From the IMG/VR virus record IMGVR_UViG_3300020455_000015, positions 2,023-66,022 of that record: DNA of 64,000 bases. One strand, 5' to 3'. Made by a program: the position numbers and the translations under genes. Under the pieces are notes generated by a model that was not told where the DNA came from, made no database searches, and was given only the letters and a program-made list of their open reading frames with translations. Numbering within the stretch: the stretch's first letter is position 1; each line of letters begins with the position of its first letter. Shown one piece after another: positions 27,677 through 38,424 of the stretch. The stretch comes from a virus (Duplodnaviria; Caudoviricetes).

Positions 27677-27981
27677 TATAAAACTTGAATTACTCCATAG
27701 CAATCAGGAATCTCATGCATCAATTTACTTTCTATACCTTGCTTTAGTGTAATAGCACTCATTGCACAAGTAGAACATGCACCACCTAATCTTACTTTAA
27801 CAAAATTTGTTTCATGCTCTATTTCTACAAACTCCAACCATCCACCATCCGCTTCTATGTAAGGTAAGAGTTCTTCTAATACTCTAATTACATTTTCTTC
27901 AGTTAATTCCATATGTGTCGCCAAATAATGTTGCCTTTTCAAATAATTATATTGATTTAATTCATCTTCACTCAATTCCAT
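27676..27981 (-). CDS. NifU/NfuA C-terminal-domain Fe-S cluster carrier (alternative start 27912)
   Basis: LPYIEADGGWLE...VKVRLGGACSTCAMSAITLKQGIE; NifU-domain CxxC. Confidence 0.9.
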   Translation of the reverse strand: MELSEDELNQYNYLKRQHYLATHMELTEENVIRVLEELLPYIEADGGWLEFVEIEHETNFVKVRLGGACSTCAMSAITLKQGIESKLMHEIPDCYGVIQVL

Positions 27982-28144
27982 CAGAATCAGGCTTTCCTAA
28001 TGATTTATATTCTAATTGTTTTTTAAGAAAAATAATCTCACTTTTCATTTCATCATTTTCCTTTTCTAAGATTTCTATGTGTTCTTGATAAATGATGTTC
28101 ATTTGTTTTAGATTAGATAGTTTAACTTCTATATCCCAGTCCAC
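27968..28144 (-). CDS. Small coiled-coil hypothetical protein (58 aa, GTG start); not in the ORF track
   Basis: MDWDIEVKLSNLKQMNIIYQEHIEILEKENDEMKSEIIFLKKQLEYKSLG; GTAAATA upstream at 28164-28170. Confidence 0.6.
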   Translation of the reverse strand: MDWDIEVKLSNLKQMNIIYQEHIEILEKENDEMKSEIIFLKKQLEYKSLGKPDSDGIE

Positions 28145-28199
28145 AGCATATCACTTTCTTAGTTATTTACAAGTTTAATATTCTCTTTATGTTATTTTG

Positions 28200-29846
28200 T
28201 TACATATAATCCCACATGTATGATCTATCACCATACTCATCAACTTTCCATACATCACCAGATTCATCCACAAAACTTGCATCATCTAATCCATCATTAA
28301 TGAATCCAAATGGAGCCATATCCTGCTCTATTTGATTCCTTTGTTCCTCATATAATCTTTTTCTTACATCATTATCAGTCATTTCTTTGAAATAATCCTG
28401 TGCAACTAACCAAGCAAATATTACAAGACACATTGCTAAATCATCATTACACCCCTCCTCAGCCTCAAATGAATTTGCTTTTTGGGAAAATGTTGTAAGT
28501 TCTGATATTACCTCATAATCTTTAACTATTATTTTATCATCTTCTAGTAATGTTTTTAAATTGGAGCATCCTAATTTTTTAACAGCAGAAGTTGTTCTTA
28601 CACCAAGTTGAGTTTTCTTTCCAGAAAAACCAGTTCCAACAATTTGACCGTTGCGACCTCTCATAGTTGCCATTAACAAATTTTCATATTCAAGATCATA
28701 TTGAAGAATACTTGCAACTTGATCTCCAATATCATTTACTTCTATTAGTAGATATGCCTCATTATATCCTTTTGCCACATCATGTATGATGTTAGGAAAT
28801 AGCATGGGTTTTATTTCATTATTTTTATATTTTGCTACGACATTATATGGATAATTTGTAATATCAAAGACAATAAATGCTGAATAATCATTTCCTAATC
28901 CACGAGCCACATCCACTGTTATTAGATAATTATGATCCTTTATGGGATCCTCATGTATATCTAAACCAGCATTTTTAGTCTTTGGTTCTTCATAAACTAA
29001 ATTTTTTAATTTTGCAGGATTAATAAGTGTATTAACAGATCCTAAAAATTCACATTCAAACTCAACCTTAAATTGTGCTTCTGATGTGTTTGCAATTGTT
29101 TGTTCTTTCCAGACTTGATCTCTGCCCGGAACTTCTGACCAATGAACATCAGTTGGAACATATTCATTCTTACCTCTTTCAGCATCATGCCACATCCGAT
29201 AAAAATGATTCATACCCCTTGGGGTAGATACAATAATTACCTTAGTACTTTGTCCAGACGAGATAGTAGGATAAACAGAGGCAAAGAAGTCATCAGCAAT
29301 GTGATTCGGGATGAAAGCGAACTCGTCAAGAAAGATGACATTATAGGATCCACCTCGGACAGCAGATGAAGAAGTAGAGTTTGCCGAAATTTTTGATCCA
29401 TTTTCTAATTCTAAAGATCCTTTATTCCATGCAATTATACCTTGTTGCATCCATCTAGGCAAATTTTCATATGCAAGTTGCAATCTGCCAAGTAAATCTC
29501 TAGCAGTGGACGCTTTGTTCGCCAAAATAGCAATGTTGACATTATCATTAAAAACTGCGTAATGCAACAAGTATGACACACAAGTGGTAGATTTACCAGT
29601 CTGACGTGGCATTTTACAGATATTAAATCTACTTTCGTGGAAATTTTGTATTAATTTTTCTTGGAAAGGATATAAATCAAAAGGAACAAGACCCTCATCA
29701 AGAGATACTATTTGTATATACTTTCTTGCAAAATAAACGGGATCTTCTTTACAGCGAACAAACTCAACAACTTGATCTTCTGTAAAGTTGATCGCTGTAT
29801 TAGCTTTCTTTAGATTCGGATTTCCAAGGTAAACATTATCAGACAT
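28200..29846 (-). CDS. g17: Terminase large subunit gp17
   Basis: YLGNPNLK, PRQTGKST, FLDEFAF, STPRG, DVARG, DDLAM. Confidence 0.99.
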   Translation of the reverse strand: MSDNVYLGNPNLKKANTAINFTEDQVVEFVRCKEDPVYFARKYIQIVSLDEGLVPFDLYPFQEKLIQNFHESRFNICKMPRQTGKSTTCVSYLLHYAVFNDNVNIAILANKASTARDLLGRLQLAYENLPRWMQQGIIAWNKGSLELENGSKISANSTSSSAVRGGSYNVIFLDEFAFIPNHIADDFFASVYPTISSGQSTKVIIVSTPRGMNHFYRMWHDAERGKNEYVPTDVHWSEVPGRDQVWKEQTIANTSEAQFKVEFECEFLGSVNTLINPAKLKNLVYEEPKTKNAGLDIHEDPIKDHNYLITVDVARGLGNDYSAFIVFDITNYPYNVVAKYKNNEIKPMLFPNIIHDVAKGYNEAYLLIEVNDIGDQVASILQYDLEYENLLMATMRGRNGQIVGTGFSGKKTQLGVRTTSAVKKLGCSNLKTLLEDDKIIVKDYEVISELTTFSQKANSFEAEEGCNDDLAMCLVIFAWLVAQDYFKEMTDNDVRKRLYEEQRNQIEQDMAPFGFINDGLDDASFVDESGDVWKVDEYGDRSYMWDYM

Positions 29847-29853
29847 AATTTAA

Positions 29854-32070
29854 TCAGCAGTTCCACTTACGAAGTGACTTATTAATTCTTGAATCTGGAT
29901 CTCTTGCTGTTTTTGCTGATGTAAGTCTTTTCTTCATACCTTTCATTCTAGCACAGAATGACTTTCTTCTGTTTGCTGATTTTGATCCTTTCTTCAACTT
30001 AGATGGTTTAGTTGTCACAGCAGTCTTCAACTTAGAACCGGGATTTGCTGCACGATATGATGCAACACCTTTTGCATTCAATCCACCTGATTCACTTTTT
30101 CCTTCTTTTCTTTGCCAAGCAGGGCTCTTGCCCTCTTCAATCTTTTTTACGTAATCCCTACCCTCATCATCAGAAATGTTTTTTTCAATATCATTAAGAA
30201 CTTCCTCTCTCCAGTTGTAAACTGATTCTGAGACCTTTTTCTTCACACAGTTTGGATATCTCTTACCAAACATAGTCTTCATACCTTTCTTCTCATATCC
30301 AGCCCAACACTTCTCATCTAATTCAACTTCTTCCTTTTTCAATTGATATCCATGAGGAATCTGACCTTTTGCTGCCTTAATCCTATCCTTTATTCTAATT
30401 GGATTACCACCGGGGCCTCTAGGAACATCCTCCGAGAGACCTGCTTTTCTCAAACGTTTTGCCTGACTCTTATGCATTTCAACTGCCTTATCCAATTCTT
30501 TAGCAATCTTCTTCACATTGCTTGGAGTATCATGCTTTTCAATAATTTCCTCTTCGCTTAATCCTTTTTTTATACCTTTGTAAGCACCTTTTGCTGCACC
30601 CTTTAAAGCACCACCAACTGCACCTGCTGCTCCTCTAGCTGTTGCAGCTGCAACTTTTTTAACACCTTTACCTACAAGTTTTAATGCCTTTTTTCCAACT
30701 TTTTTAGTTTTCCTAGCAACTGCTCTATTAACTCTATCATCAAGTTTGTTAAACTTCCTAACACCAGATTCTACACCTTGAGCAGCTTTAACTAACAAAC
30801 CCTCTTCAACCTGCTTAGTTCCCTTCCAAACACCATTTTCATTTGTAATTGGTTGTAAGTTATCAGGCCCAATTATATCAACCACACCTGCGATTGTTTT
30901 ACCATCTGAATTTTGTATTTCTAATCCTTCTGATTTATTACCCCAGTTTGCAGCACCGACTTTACGACACTTAACTAATGCACCAGATGCATATGCACTT
31001 GGCCATACCGAATATCTTGACTTAACCTTATGATAGCAAGCATCTTTTGATCCACTACTCTTTCCTTTCTTATCTTTTACCTCACTTAAAATATCGTATA
31101 TTGTTCCTGTCTCTGAACGATATTTGTCTTTTGGATCTTCAATAATATACTCTACAACCAACTCATCTCCTTCTTCTACATTATTCTCTGCGAACCAACC
31201 ACGATTTACTTCAATTGCCAACTCAATAGCACCATCAGAATACACAGGATCATAATCCTTTGGTTCTAATGATTTTATACTTTCAATAATCCCATCCTTT
31301 CTAACGAAAGCAACTTCAAGTGGTATTGTTGTCTCAGTCATATGGAATGACTGTTGTGCAATACGATCAAATACAAATAGCATACCGCTATTTTCTTTTA
31401 AACTTTCACGGAACATCAAACCTTGTTTAAAATCATTTTGACTCTTGGGAACCTCTAGTCGTAGAGGTAGAGTTGTGTATTGTTCTTTCATTTTTTTCTT
31501 AGGATCAGTTGAAACCATTGTTGGTGCTGCTGCACTTGATTTTTGTGGTTGATTAGGGTCTTTTGCTACTTTTCTTCTTCTTGCACTATCTCTCTCTTTT
31601 TTACTCATAGATGCTCTCTTCGATGATGAAGTGCATTTAGGAGTTGTATTTTGTCCGGGCTGGCGAGCACATGGTTTCCCGTCATACTTTCCACCCACTT
31701 GAACCCAACCTTTAACTTTTCTACCAGATTTGGTTGTACCACTTGACTTTCCAAACCATGCTCGAAGACCTTCTTCGTTTACCTCTTTACTATCAAGATA
31801 GTCTGCAGCAGTATCTAAGTAATCAGATGCTTTAGTTATCTTTGATTGAACCCACGCTTTGAAATTTTTCTTACTACGAGAATGTTTTACAATGCGTTTG
31901 GATGCTCTTCCTGCAGTTTTGAGTTGATTACGAATCATCTCTGGTTCATGATCACTATCCTTAGTTTCCTTCATAAGAAAACCATCATCACGAACAGTAT
32001 GTCCATCAGGAATGGGCATACATTTTTTCTCAGTGTTGCAATAGTAGTATCCTTTTTTACAGGATTTCAT
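29854..32070 (-). CDS. Modular basic protein including a DUF192-like domain; candidate protease-processed head polyprotein
   Basis: Short Lys/Cys-rich modules; GLMFRESL...GMLFVF...AIEVNRGWF (DUF192-like); Glu-containing linkers. Confidence 0.75.
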   Translation of the reverse strand: MKSCKKGYYYCNTEKKCMPIPDGHTVRDDGFLMKETKDSDHEPEMIRNQLKTAGRASKRIVKHSRSKKNFKAWVQSKITKASDYLDTAADYLDSKEVNEEGLRAWFGKSSGTTKSGRKVKGWVQVGGKYDGKPCARQPGQNTTPKCTSSSKRASMSKKERDSARRRKVAKDPNQPQKSSAAAPTMVSTDPKKKMKEQYTTLPLRLEVPKSQNDFKQGLMFRESLKENSGMLFVFDRIAQQSFHMTETTIPLEVAFVRKDGIIESIKSLEPKDYDPVYSDGAIELAIEVNRGWFAENNVEEGDELVVEYIIEDPKDKYRSETGTIYDILSEVKDKKGKSSGSKDACYHKVKSRYSVWPSAYASGALVKCRKVGAANWGNKSEGLEIQNSDGKTIAGVVDIIGPDNLQPITNENGVWKGTKQVEEGLLVKAAQGVESGVRKFNKLDDRVNRAVARKTKKVGKKALKLVGKGVKKVAAATARGAAGAVGGALKGAAKGAYKGIKKGLSEEEIIEKHDTPSNVKKIAKELDKAVEMHKSQAKRLRKAGLSEDVPRGPGGNPIRIKDRIKAAKGQIPHGYQLKKEEVELDEKCWAGYEKKGMKTMFGKRYPNCVKKKVSESVYNWREEVLNDIEKNISDDEGRDYVKKIEEGKSPAWQRKEGKSESGGLNAKGVASYRAANPGSKLKTAVTTKPSKLKKGSKSANRRKSFCARMKGMKKRLTSAKTARDPDSRINKSLRKWNC

Positions 32071-32519
32071 TATTCTGCAGTTTTTGTATCATTATTATTT
32101 AGAAAACCTTTCTTTAGTAACTTTGAGAGTTCTGTCGTAGACCCCACAAACAAAGCATTATTGGTGACATTTCCTTGTGTTTTAGTAATATCCTCATCAA
32201 TTTCTTTGACCTTTTTCTGTAAGTCCATTAGTTTATCTGTGCTATCAGCAACAGATTTAATTAATTGGCCTGCAACTTCATATGCTCTTGGACTCGCACT
32301 CTCTCCAGCAAGTTCCATAATTCCATTAATTGCTTCTTGTCCTTTTTCAATCAATGAATATAATTGACCTCTTGTATAATTATAGTCTTTTTCAACATCA
32401 TCCTTCTTAGGTGTAATATCAGTTGCAGAATCACTCTTTCTTGCACATCCACCCTCTTGTATAATATCAGTTTCTACGTTAAGTGATTTTTCAATACTAC
32501 CAAAATCTGTGTTCATCAT
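32070..32519 (-). CDS. g16: Terminase small subunit gp16
   Basis: DYNYTRGQLYSLIEKGQEA, PRAYEVAGQLIK, NNALFVGSTTEL. Confidence 0.95.
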   Translation of the reverse strand: MMNTDFGSIEKSLNVETDIIQEGGCARKSDSATDITPKKDDVEKDYNYTRGQLYSLIEKGQEAINGIMELAGESASPRAYEVAGQLIKSVADSTDKLMDLQKKVKEIDEDITKTQGNVTNNALFVGSTTELSKLLKKGFLNNNDTKTAE

Positions 32520-33562
32520 GAGTCTGTCCTTGTAGCAGGATTAAATGAAAGTGAATCTGTAAAGATGCTTGATGTTTCACTAAATCCGAAATCATCTCCA
32601 ACATCAATTAGATTATCGTCTGCTGTAGTTAATTTATTAATCTTTGTATTTTCAGGATGTGTTGCCTTAATTGTTTTACTATATCCTCTCCTGACATTCA
32701 ATGATGTTGCATTAGGTATTTCCTTAATTAACATTACCTCACTATCAATTACAATACGATCATTTACAGCAAACTGTGAGGAATCATTAACTGTGAAATT
32801 AGTTGCTGATTTATTCAGTTCAAATGTTAATACAGCAGTATTATCATTGTCATAGTCCTTAACTGCTTGTGGAGTTGTAACATACCTGAGTTCTCTCCTT
32901 GCATTCTCTCTGTCCATATTTGTATGATAATCCACCTGAACTTTTTTGATGAGTCCTTCTGGAGTATCTGCGACTGGGCCAAATAAGAATGTTTTTGCAG
33001 TAAAATTGAGTGTATATATTAGTGCTCTTCTGGTAGCAAAATCTCCCTCATAATCATCTTGGAATCCAATATTATCCAACACAACACTTATATCTCTTTT
33101 TTCTCCGATTACTTTTATCAAATCTATTGATAGATTGAATGATGGTTGAAAGAACGGTAATATTTGCTCTAAAATTTGTAAACCATCATCGTTTAATTTA
33201 ACAAGTATATTTAATTCAAATCCTATATTGTAAGGCACAGGCATGAATACTTTTCTTAAATTCGTTCCGTCAGATGCCTTGAATGTTTGAGTAACACTTG
33301 ATTTTCTTGTTGGATCATAAACCAATGTCGTCATCTCAAATGACATTCTTGGTAAACTAATTTGTGTTGCTCTATTTAATTCTGGTTGTTGTTCAATTCT
33401 TGCCAAAAACTTCTGCATTGGGCCATATGCCAATGCCACTTTCATATCACTAATAGATTTTCCAGCGTTGTCTTTATGTCGAATATGAATATCATTAAAC
33501 AGTGTTCCAAATGAAATGACTGTTTTTCTAAGTATTTCGTGATAAAAATATGTGCCTAACAT
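32516..33562 (-). CDS. g15: Tail sheath stabilizer / completion protein gp15
   Basis: YFYHEILRK, LAYGP, LPRMSFE, PVPYN, QILEQILPFFQP. Confidence 0.95.
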   Translation of the reverse strand: MLGTYFYHEILRKTVISFGTLFNDIHIRHKDNAGKSISDMKVALAYGPMQKFLARIEQQPELNRATQISLPRMSFEMTTLVYDPTRKSSVTQTFKASDGTNLRKVFMPVPYNIGFELNILVKLNDDGLQILEQILPFFQPSFNLSIDLIKVIGEKRDISVVLDNIGFQDDYEGDFATRRALIYTLNFTAKTFLFGPVADTPEGLIKKVQVDYHTNMDRENARRELRYVTTPQAVKDYDNDNTAVLTFELNKSATNFTVNDSSQFAVNDRIVIDSEVMLIKEIPNATSLNVRRGYSKTIKATHPENTKINKLTTADDNLIDVGDDFGFSETSSIFTDSLSFNPATRTDS

Positions 33563-35190
33563 TAGTAAGTACCAAATGGATTAGTTTCTGCAAAATCAAT
33601 GATAGAATCTGCTTCAATTTCAAATTCGTCATTTTCAGTGTATTCATCATATATATCTCTCTGATCATATTCACGTATGTTATAAGTGACAAATTGAGTG
33701 GTTCCGAAGGATACATTTACAGTTGTAGAACTTGAATTTACAGTTCTTTGTGACAGGGTTACTGTTCCTGCACCAATAGATAAAACTGTTCCTCCAGCAC
33801 CTATAACATTATCGACTGCTGAAATTGCAGCACCAACCACAATACTTGAAGTATTGATTCCAATTATTGATGTGCTAACTCCAACAGTGGCAGATTTAGT
33901 GCTTGTAGTATTAAAGAATACTGTATTTGATCTAATACTTTCTCCGGGAATGAATCCACTGATAGTTGTTCCAATACCGACATTTGATACTTTGAGAATC
34001 TTCGTATCTACATCCCATGATTTAACTCTTGCCTCTGTAAGTGATGTTTCACCAATAACGAGATCATTGATTAAGAAATTACCACGACCAATAATAATAT
34101 TTGGGTCACCAATAGTAACTGATGGTGTGGAGGTATATCCAGAACCGGGATTCGTAATACGGAAAGATTGTAATTGAGTATTTCCTGCATTAATAATTGC
34201 GGTGGCAGTAGCAGTAGTTCCAATTCCAGGCCCTGCAATCGTAACTGATGGTGTAGTTGTGTATCCAGTTCCTTCATCAGTTATGTTTAGTCCTATTACA
34301 CCTTGTCCAACCGTTACAATTCCACATGTTGCAATTGCACCACTACCTCCACCACCTATAATTCTTATACTTGGAGCAAATGTATATCCAGATCCGGGAT
34401 TTATAATAACAATTTCTTTAACGGAGAATACACCTGCTCTTTCAGTCGTTATTGCAACTGCAGATGCGTTTGCACCACCAGCGACCCTATTAGTGCCTAT
34501 AGCAACTGTTGGAGTTGATGTGTAACCACTACCATCATTTAATACTGTAATACCACTTAGATATCCTGATGAAGCAGAGATAGATGCCGTGGCTGTTGCA
34601 GTTTGTCCCGATCCAACAAGATTCAATGTCGTTATGAATCCTACGTCCTCAATTTCCTCATCAATTGCCTGAATACCAGTATCAATAATTTCATCCTCAT
34701 ATTCAAATAGTTCACATTGAAGTTCATAAACATAATTCTTACCTAACTGATAGAAAGGTTTTTCATGTTCTACAAACTTTACTTCAAATAATCTACCTCC
34801 TAGTGGAAAATAAACTAGGTCACCTTCACGAGGTCTTGTTGATAATTCATAATCATCTGCATCCATAAAAGGTGCTATAAAATCTTCAAACCTTTCTCTT
34901 GATATTGTTAATGTAACTTCATCTCTCAAACTTACACCAAACTTAGTCATTACATCGCCAGCACCTGAATATCCTTCATAGGTATTCAAATATGCTTCAA
35001 TCAAAAAATTATCATCAAACTTTGATGACTCAACTTCCTCTATAATAGATCTTTTATTTACAAATTTTCTAGGAATATATGTTACTTCGACACCATAAAT
35101 CTTCAGTTGTTCATTGATGATATCCTGAACTAACCTTTGTTCACCTTGAGATCCTTGTAGAAAAAACGGATTTAAAGCCATACATATCAC
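33562..35190 (-). CDS. g14: Neck protein gp14 with long GSGY-repeat insertion
   Basis: LNPFFLQGS, RPREGDLVYFP, FYQLGKNYVYELQCELF, C-terminal NPFG. Confidence 0.93.
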   Translation of the reverse strand: MICMALNPFFLQGSQGEQRLVQDIINEQLKIYGVEVTYIPRKFVNKRSIIEEVESSKFDDNFLIEAYLNTYEGYSGAGDVMTKFGVSLRDEVTLTISRERFEDFIAPFMDADDYELSTRPREGDLVYFPLGGRLFEVKFVEHEKPFYQLGKNYVYELQCELFEYEDEIIDTGIQAIDEEIEDVGFITTLNLVGSGQTATATASISASSGYLSGITVLNDGSGYTSTPTVAIGTNRVAGGANASAVAITTERAGVFSVKEIVIINPGSGYTFAPSIRIIGGGGSGAIATCGIVTVGQGVIGLNITDEGTGYTTTPSVTIAGPGIGTTATATAIINAGNTQLQSFRITNPGSGYTSTPSVTIGDPNIIIGRGNFLINDLVIGETSLTEARVKSWDVDTKILKVSNVGIGTTISGFIPGESIRSNTVFFNTTSTKSATVGVSTSIIGINTSSIVVGAAISAVDNVIGAGGTVLSIGAGTVTLSQRTVNSSSTTVNVSFGTTQFVTYNIREYDQRDIYDEYTENDEFEIEADSIIDFAETNPFGTY

Positions 35191-36044
35191 CCAATAAAGT
35201 CAAGAGGTGGTAATTCGTATTCCTCTTTTAACTTGGTTAATGCAAATTCTAAGTCTCTTTGACCATCTTCATATATTTCTCTACCATTTAATTCTAATCC
35301 ACCGGGTAATTTAACTCCTCTAAATTTAATTAAATTTTGTCCCCACTGACGTTTCATAGTTGCAGTCAAATACATCTTAAGAAACATATCATTATAGACT
35401 TTTGTAAAATCATCAGGATCTAATATTCTTTGACAATCTATTACTATAAAATCACCTTCTCTAACAGAATTCCAATCCATATCAAGATATAGACGATTCT
35501 GTTTCTTATTAAAACGTATTTGTTTATCTGGTGTTAACAAGAAATCAATATCCTCCAGATAACTCTTAACCATTGAAAATTGAAGAAGTTCAACAGAGTT
35601 AAAATAGTATAAGTCATTTAAAAATAATTGATATTTAATACTAAACATTCCACCAGAGATGGAACTGCTATCAAATTTGAATATTTTTTCTATACCAATA
35701 ACTGAATCAGGAACTTGAATAAAGTTAGAATTTTCTACAAAACTTGTAGTTGTCGCACCATATCCACTTATAGCAGTTGAAGTACCTGTGGTAGTTACAA
35801 TACCTGCAGTAACATCTGCATCAGTTTCTGAAGTTGCTTTTCCTCTATCAATTTCATCTTGAGTAAACTCATGTTTAAGGAACATCTCCTCAACACCATC
35901 AAAATGTCTTTCATTAAAATATTGTAAGGCATCATCTACCAGATCATCAATTTGATCATCATCAAGATTTATCTCAAGAACAGGTGCACCTAATTTCCTG
36001 AGAGAATAATCAATGAGTTGTTGTCTAGTAGCTGGTTTTGCCAT
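35187..36044 (-). CDS. g13: Neck protein gp13
   Basis: LRKLGAPVLEIN, KRQWGQNLIKF.GVKLPGG. Confidence 0.95.
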   Translation of the reverse strand: MAKPATRQQLIDYSLRKLGAPVLEINLDDDQIDDLVDDALQYFNERHFDGVEEMFLKHEFTQDEIDRGKATSETDADVTAGIVTTTGTSTAISGYGATTTSFVENSNFIQVPDSVIGIEKIFKFDSSSISGGMFSIKYQLFLNDLYYFNSVELLQFSMVKSYLEDIDFLLTPDKQIRFNKKQNRLYLDMDWNSVREGDFIVIDCQRILDPDDFTKVYNDMFLKMYLTATMKRQWGQNLIKFRGVKLPGGLELNGREIYEDGQRDLEFALTKLKEEYELPPLDFIG

Positions 36045-36256
36045 TATTCTGCTTCTACCTCAGATGCTAGATTTTCGTACTTTTCTTGCCACTCAAGTTT
36101 TTCAGCCATAATTTTTCCTTTTTCATCAGTATAGTCTTGCATAATTGATAATAATTTCGCTTCCAAAAGTATATTTTGGTTTGTTAATGTAGATATTTTT
36201 TGATTATAAATTTTAATCAAAGTGTTCACATCAACGTCATTATTTTGATTGTTCAT
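36044..36256 (-). CDS. Small coiled-coil hypothetical protein
   Basis: 70-aa ORF coupled to g13. Confidence 0.75.
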   Translation of the reverse strand: MNNQNNDVDVNTLIKIYNQKISTLTNQNILLEAKLLSIMQDYTDEKGKIMAEKLEWQEKYENLASEVEAE

Positions 36257-36261
36257 GATTT

Positions 36262-38196
36262 TTAGAATGAGCCACCATCAATCGTAGTGGTATACATTGG
36301 TTTACTAGTATATGTAGTCGAAACATTGGAAGGTACTTTTCCAGTCGTCGCTCCATTTAGTAATAGTTGAGCAGAAGTATTGAATGTTCCTTCAACACCG
36401 ATCAATGTCACAGAAGTTGTATTTGATGTTGTTTTAACAATACCATTCTGTGATCCACCACCTGCCTGTCTCATGTATTGACCAGCAACAACACTTAATG
36501 CACTTCCTAATGTTAATACAATCTCAGTATTTGTTGTCATTACCTGAGTTGATGTAAATGTAGCAGCACTTGGAGCATCAGTTGAGTTCTGTAAACCAGT
36601 GCTGTCAAAGTAAACAATACCATGAGTTGCGAAGTCACCTGCCTGATAATAGATACCTTTAATATCTAAATTACCTCTTGTTCCAGTTACAACTTCATTT
36701 GTTACTGTTGCATCAGGGATATAAGTGAAACTTCTTGCAGGAGCCTGACTATTCTCACCTGTGCTATCGTTATATCCAAAGAAACCTATTTTATTATTTG
36801 AGGTTCCAGAACTTACATTGTAGTTGAATGAAATACCACGGTCAGTATTAGTATCAAATCCGTGTGTAATTGTCAACTGAACTGTAGTTACAATTCCAGC
36901 AGTTGTGTTGTTACTAATGAAGACTGTACCAATACCAGTGCCACCTGAAGGTGCTTGATATGAATGAATGGTAGTATTACCGGGAATTGAGGAACTACCC
37001 GCAATAGCATCTCCTGTATTAATACCAACAACAGAATCAAGTACAACTGTAGATGTTCCAGATCCAACTGTAGTCATTACAGTTCTCTTACTGGTTACAT
37101 CACCAACACGCATAATTGCGTCGTTGACTGTTGCAGTTGTTGAGTTAACTTGAGTTGTTGTACCATCAACTTGTAAGTCACCCTTAATGATAACTGTACC
37201 TTCATTACTTAATCCACTTGGATATGGGTCAATGAATAATTGATTACCACCACCAGATTGAGTCTGAATGATGTTTGATGAAATTCCAATATTTCCTACT
37301 TCTATCTCACCTTGTACTATGATCCCATTGGATTTAGTCTCAATTTTTTTAGCCCCATTATGATATAACTCAACTGAGCCACCATCAGTAAATTTCGCTT
37401 GAACTGCATTATCAGCAGCATTTTTAACTTGAACTAAACTACCTGTGATATCAAGTCCACCAGTTCCAACATCCTTGATCTTGCTGTTGGCCCCATCATG
37501 AAATATTCTTAAATCTTGTCCATCACCGAATTGTGCTTCGACGTTATCGGGAAGATGTATATTAGAGACAAATGTTACACCACCTCCAACATTCAACTTA
37601 CCACCTACAAAGAGGTTCTTTTCAATACCAACACCACCTTCTACTATGACGGCACCAGTATCTTTATTAGTTGACTGAGTTGTAATATTAAATCTTACGT
37701 CAGCACCCGTGAAGGTTAATTGATCAGTTCCATTCTCATCATATTCAATTTGAGAATCTGAACTTCCAGCATCACCTTGTGTGCCACCACCAAATCCTAG
37801 TTTGGTATCATCTGGAACTCTTATTTCACCAGTTCCATTTGGGTTTACAATTACATTTCCATCAGTATTTGTTGATGAGAATGTATTACCATCTAACGTT
37901 AAATTATCTACATTCCATTGGTCTACCTTTCTGTTTTGATCCAGAATGGCGACGAATCCATTAGCAGCAGTTGTTGGGTTTGCCTGACTAGCAACCTTAC
38001 CCGGCTCAATACTTAATAAGTCGGTGTAATATCGACCACCAACTATTCGTGGGTTATCACCGGAGTCACCAGCGAATAATCTACCACCAAAATTACCATG
38101 AGTTCCTACTCCGACGGTTAAACCTAATTCACCGAAGTTAAGAGTTGACGGTTGGGCTATGCCCGTCGATCTTTTGACTCGTATTATGCTGGCCAT
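36262..38196 (-). CDS. Fiber-like virion structural protein
   Basis: MASIIRVKRS...GELG N-terminus, GAVIVEGGVGIEKNL repeat, C-terminal IDGGSF; Gly/Thr-rich. Confidence 0.8.
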   Translation of the reverse strand: MASIIRVKRSTGIAQPSTLNFGELGLTVGVGTHGNFGGRLFAGDSGDNPRIVGGRYYTDLLSIEPGKVASQANPTTAANGFVAILDQNRKVDQWNVDNLTLDGNTFSSTNTDGNVIVNPNGTGEIRVPDDTKLGFGGGTQGDAGSSDSQIEYDENGTDQLTFTGADVRFNITTQSTNKDTGAVIVEGGVGIEKNLFVGGKLNVGGGVTFVSNIHLPDNVEAQFGDGQDLRIFHDGANSKIKDVGTGGLDITGSLVQVKNAADNAVQAKFTDGGSVELYHNGAKKIETKSNGIIVQGEIEVGNIGISSNIIQTQSGGGNQLFIDPYPSGLSNEGTVIIKGDLQVDGTTTQVNSTTATVNDAIMRVGDVTSKRTVMTTVGSGTSTVVLDSVVGINTGDAIAGSSSIPGNTTIHSYQAPSGGTGIGTVFISNNTTAGIVTTVQLTITHGFDTNTDRGISFNYNVSSGTSNNKIGFFGYNDSTGENSQAPARSFTYIPDATVTNEVVTGTRGNLDIKGIYYQAGDFATHGIVYFDSTGLQNSTDAPSAATFTSTQVMTTNTEIVLTLGSALSVVAGQYMRQAGGGSQNGIVKTTSNTTSVTLIGVEGTFNTSAQLLLNGATTGKVPSNVSTTYTSKPMYTTTIDGGSF

Positions 38197-38424
38197 TTAG
38201 AAGTTTCCTCCATTGATATCTAAATTTTGTACTGTTCCGGGTGTCAGTTGTAAAGTCGCTTCAAATTTTTGAGTTGAGGAGTTGAAAACTAAAACCATCC
38301 CATTTTGAGGGTTTAATATGTCAGTGTCACTTAATCCTGCTAGGGATCCACTAACATTACCTGCTAAAGAGGATACAACTCTCGTTGCATTTTGTTGTCC
38401 AACTCTAACTTTGATGTCGGCCAT
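38197..38424 (-). CDS. Small virion-associated hypothetical protein
   Basis: LAGLSDTD...NGMVLVF..., C-terminal INGGNF. Confidence 0.75.
   Translation of the reverse strand: MADIKVRVGQQNATRVVSSLAGNVSGSLAGLSDTDILNPQNGMVLVFNSSTQKFEATLQLTPGTVQNLDINGGNF

Noticed and set aside
9700-29846. Introns or inteins in core genes (g46, uvsW, g23, g20, g17)
   Set aside because: All have typical lengths and uninterrupted reading frames, and no intein splice motifs were noticed.
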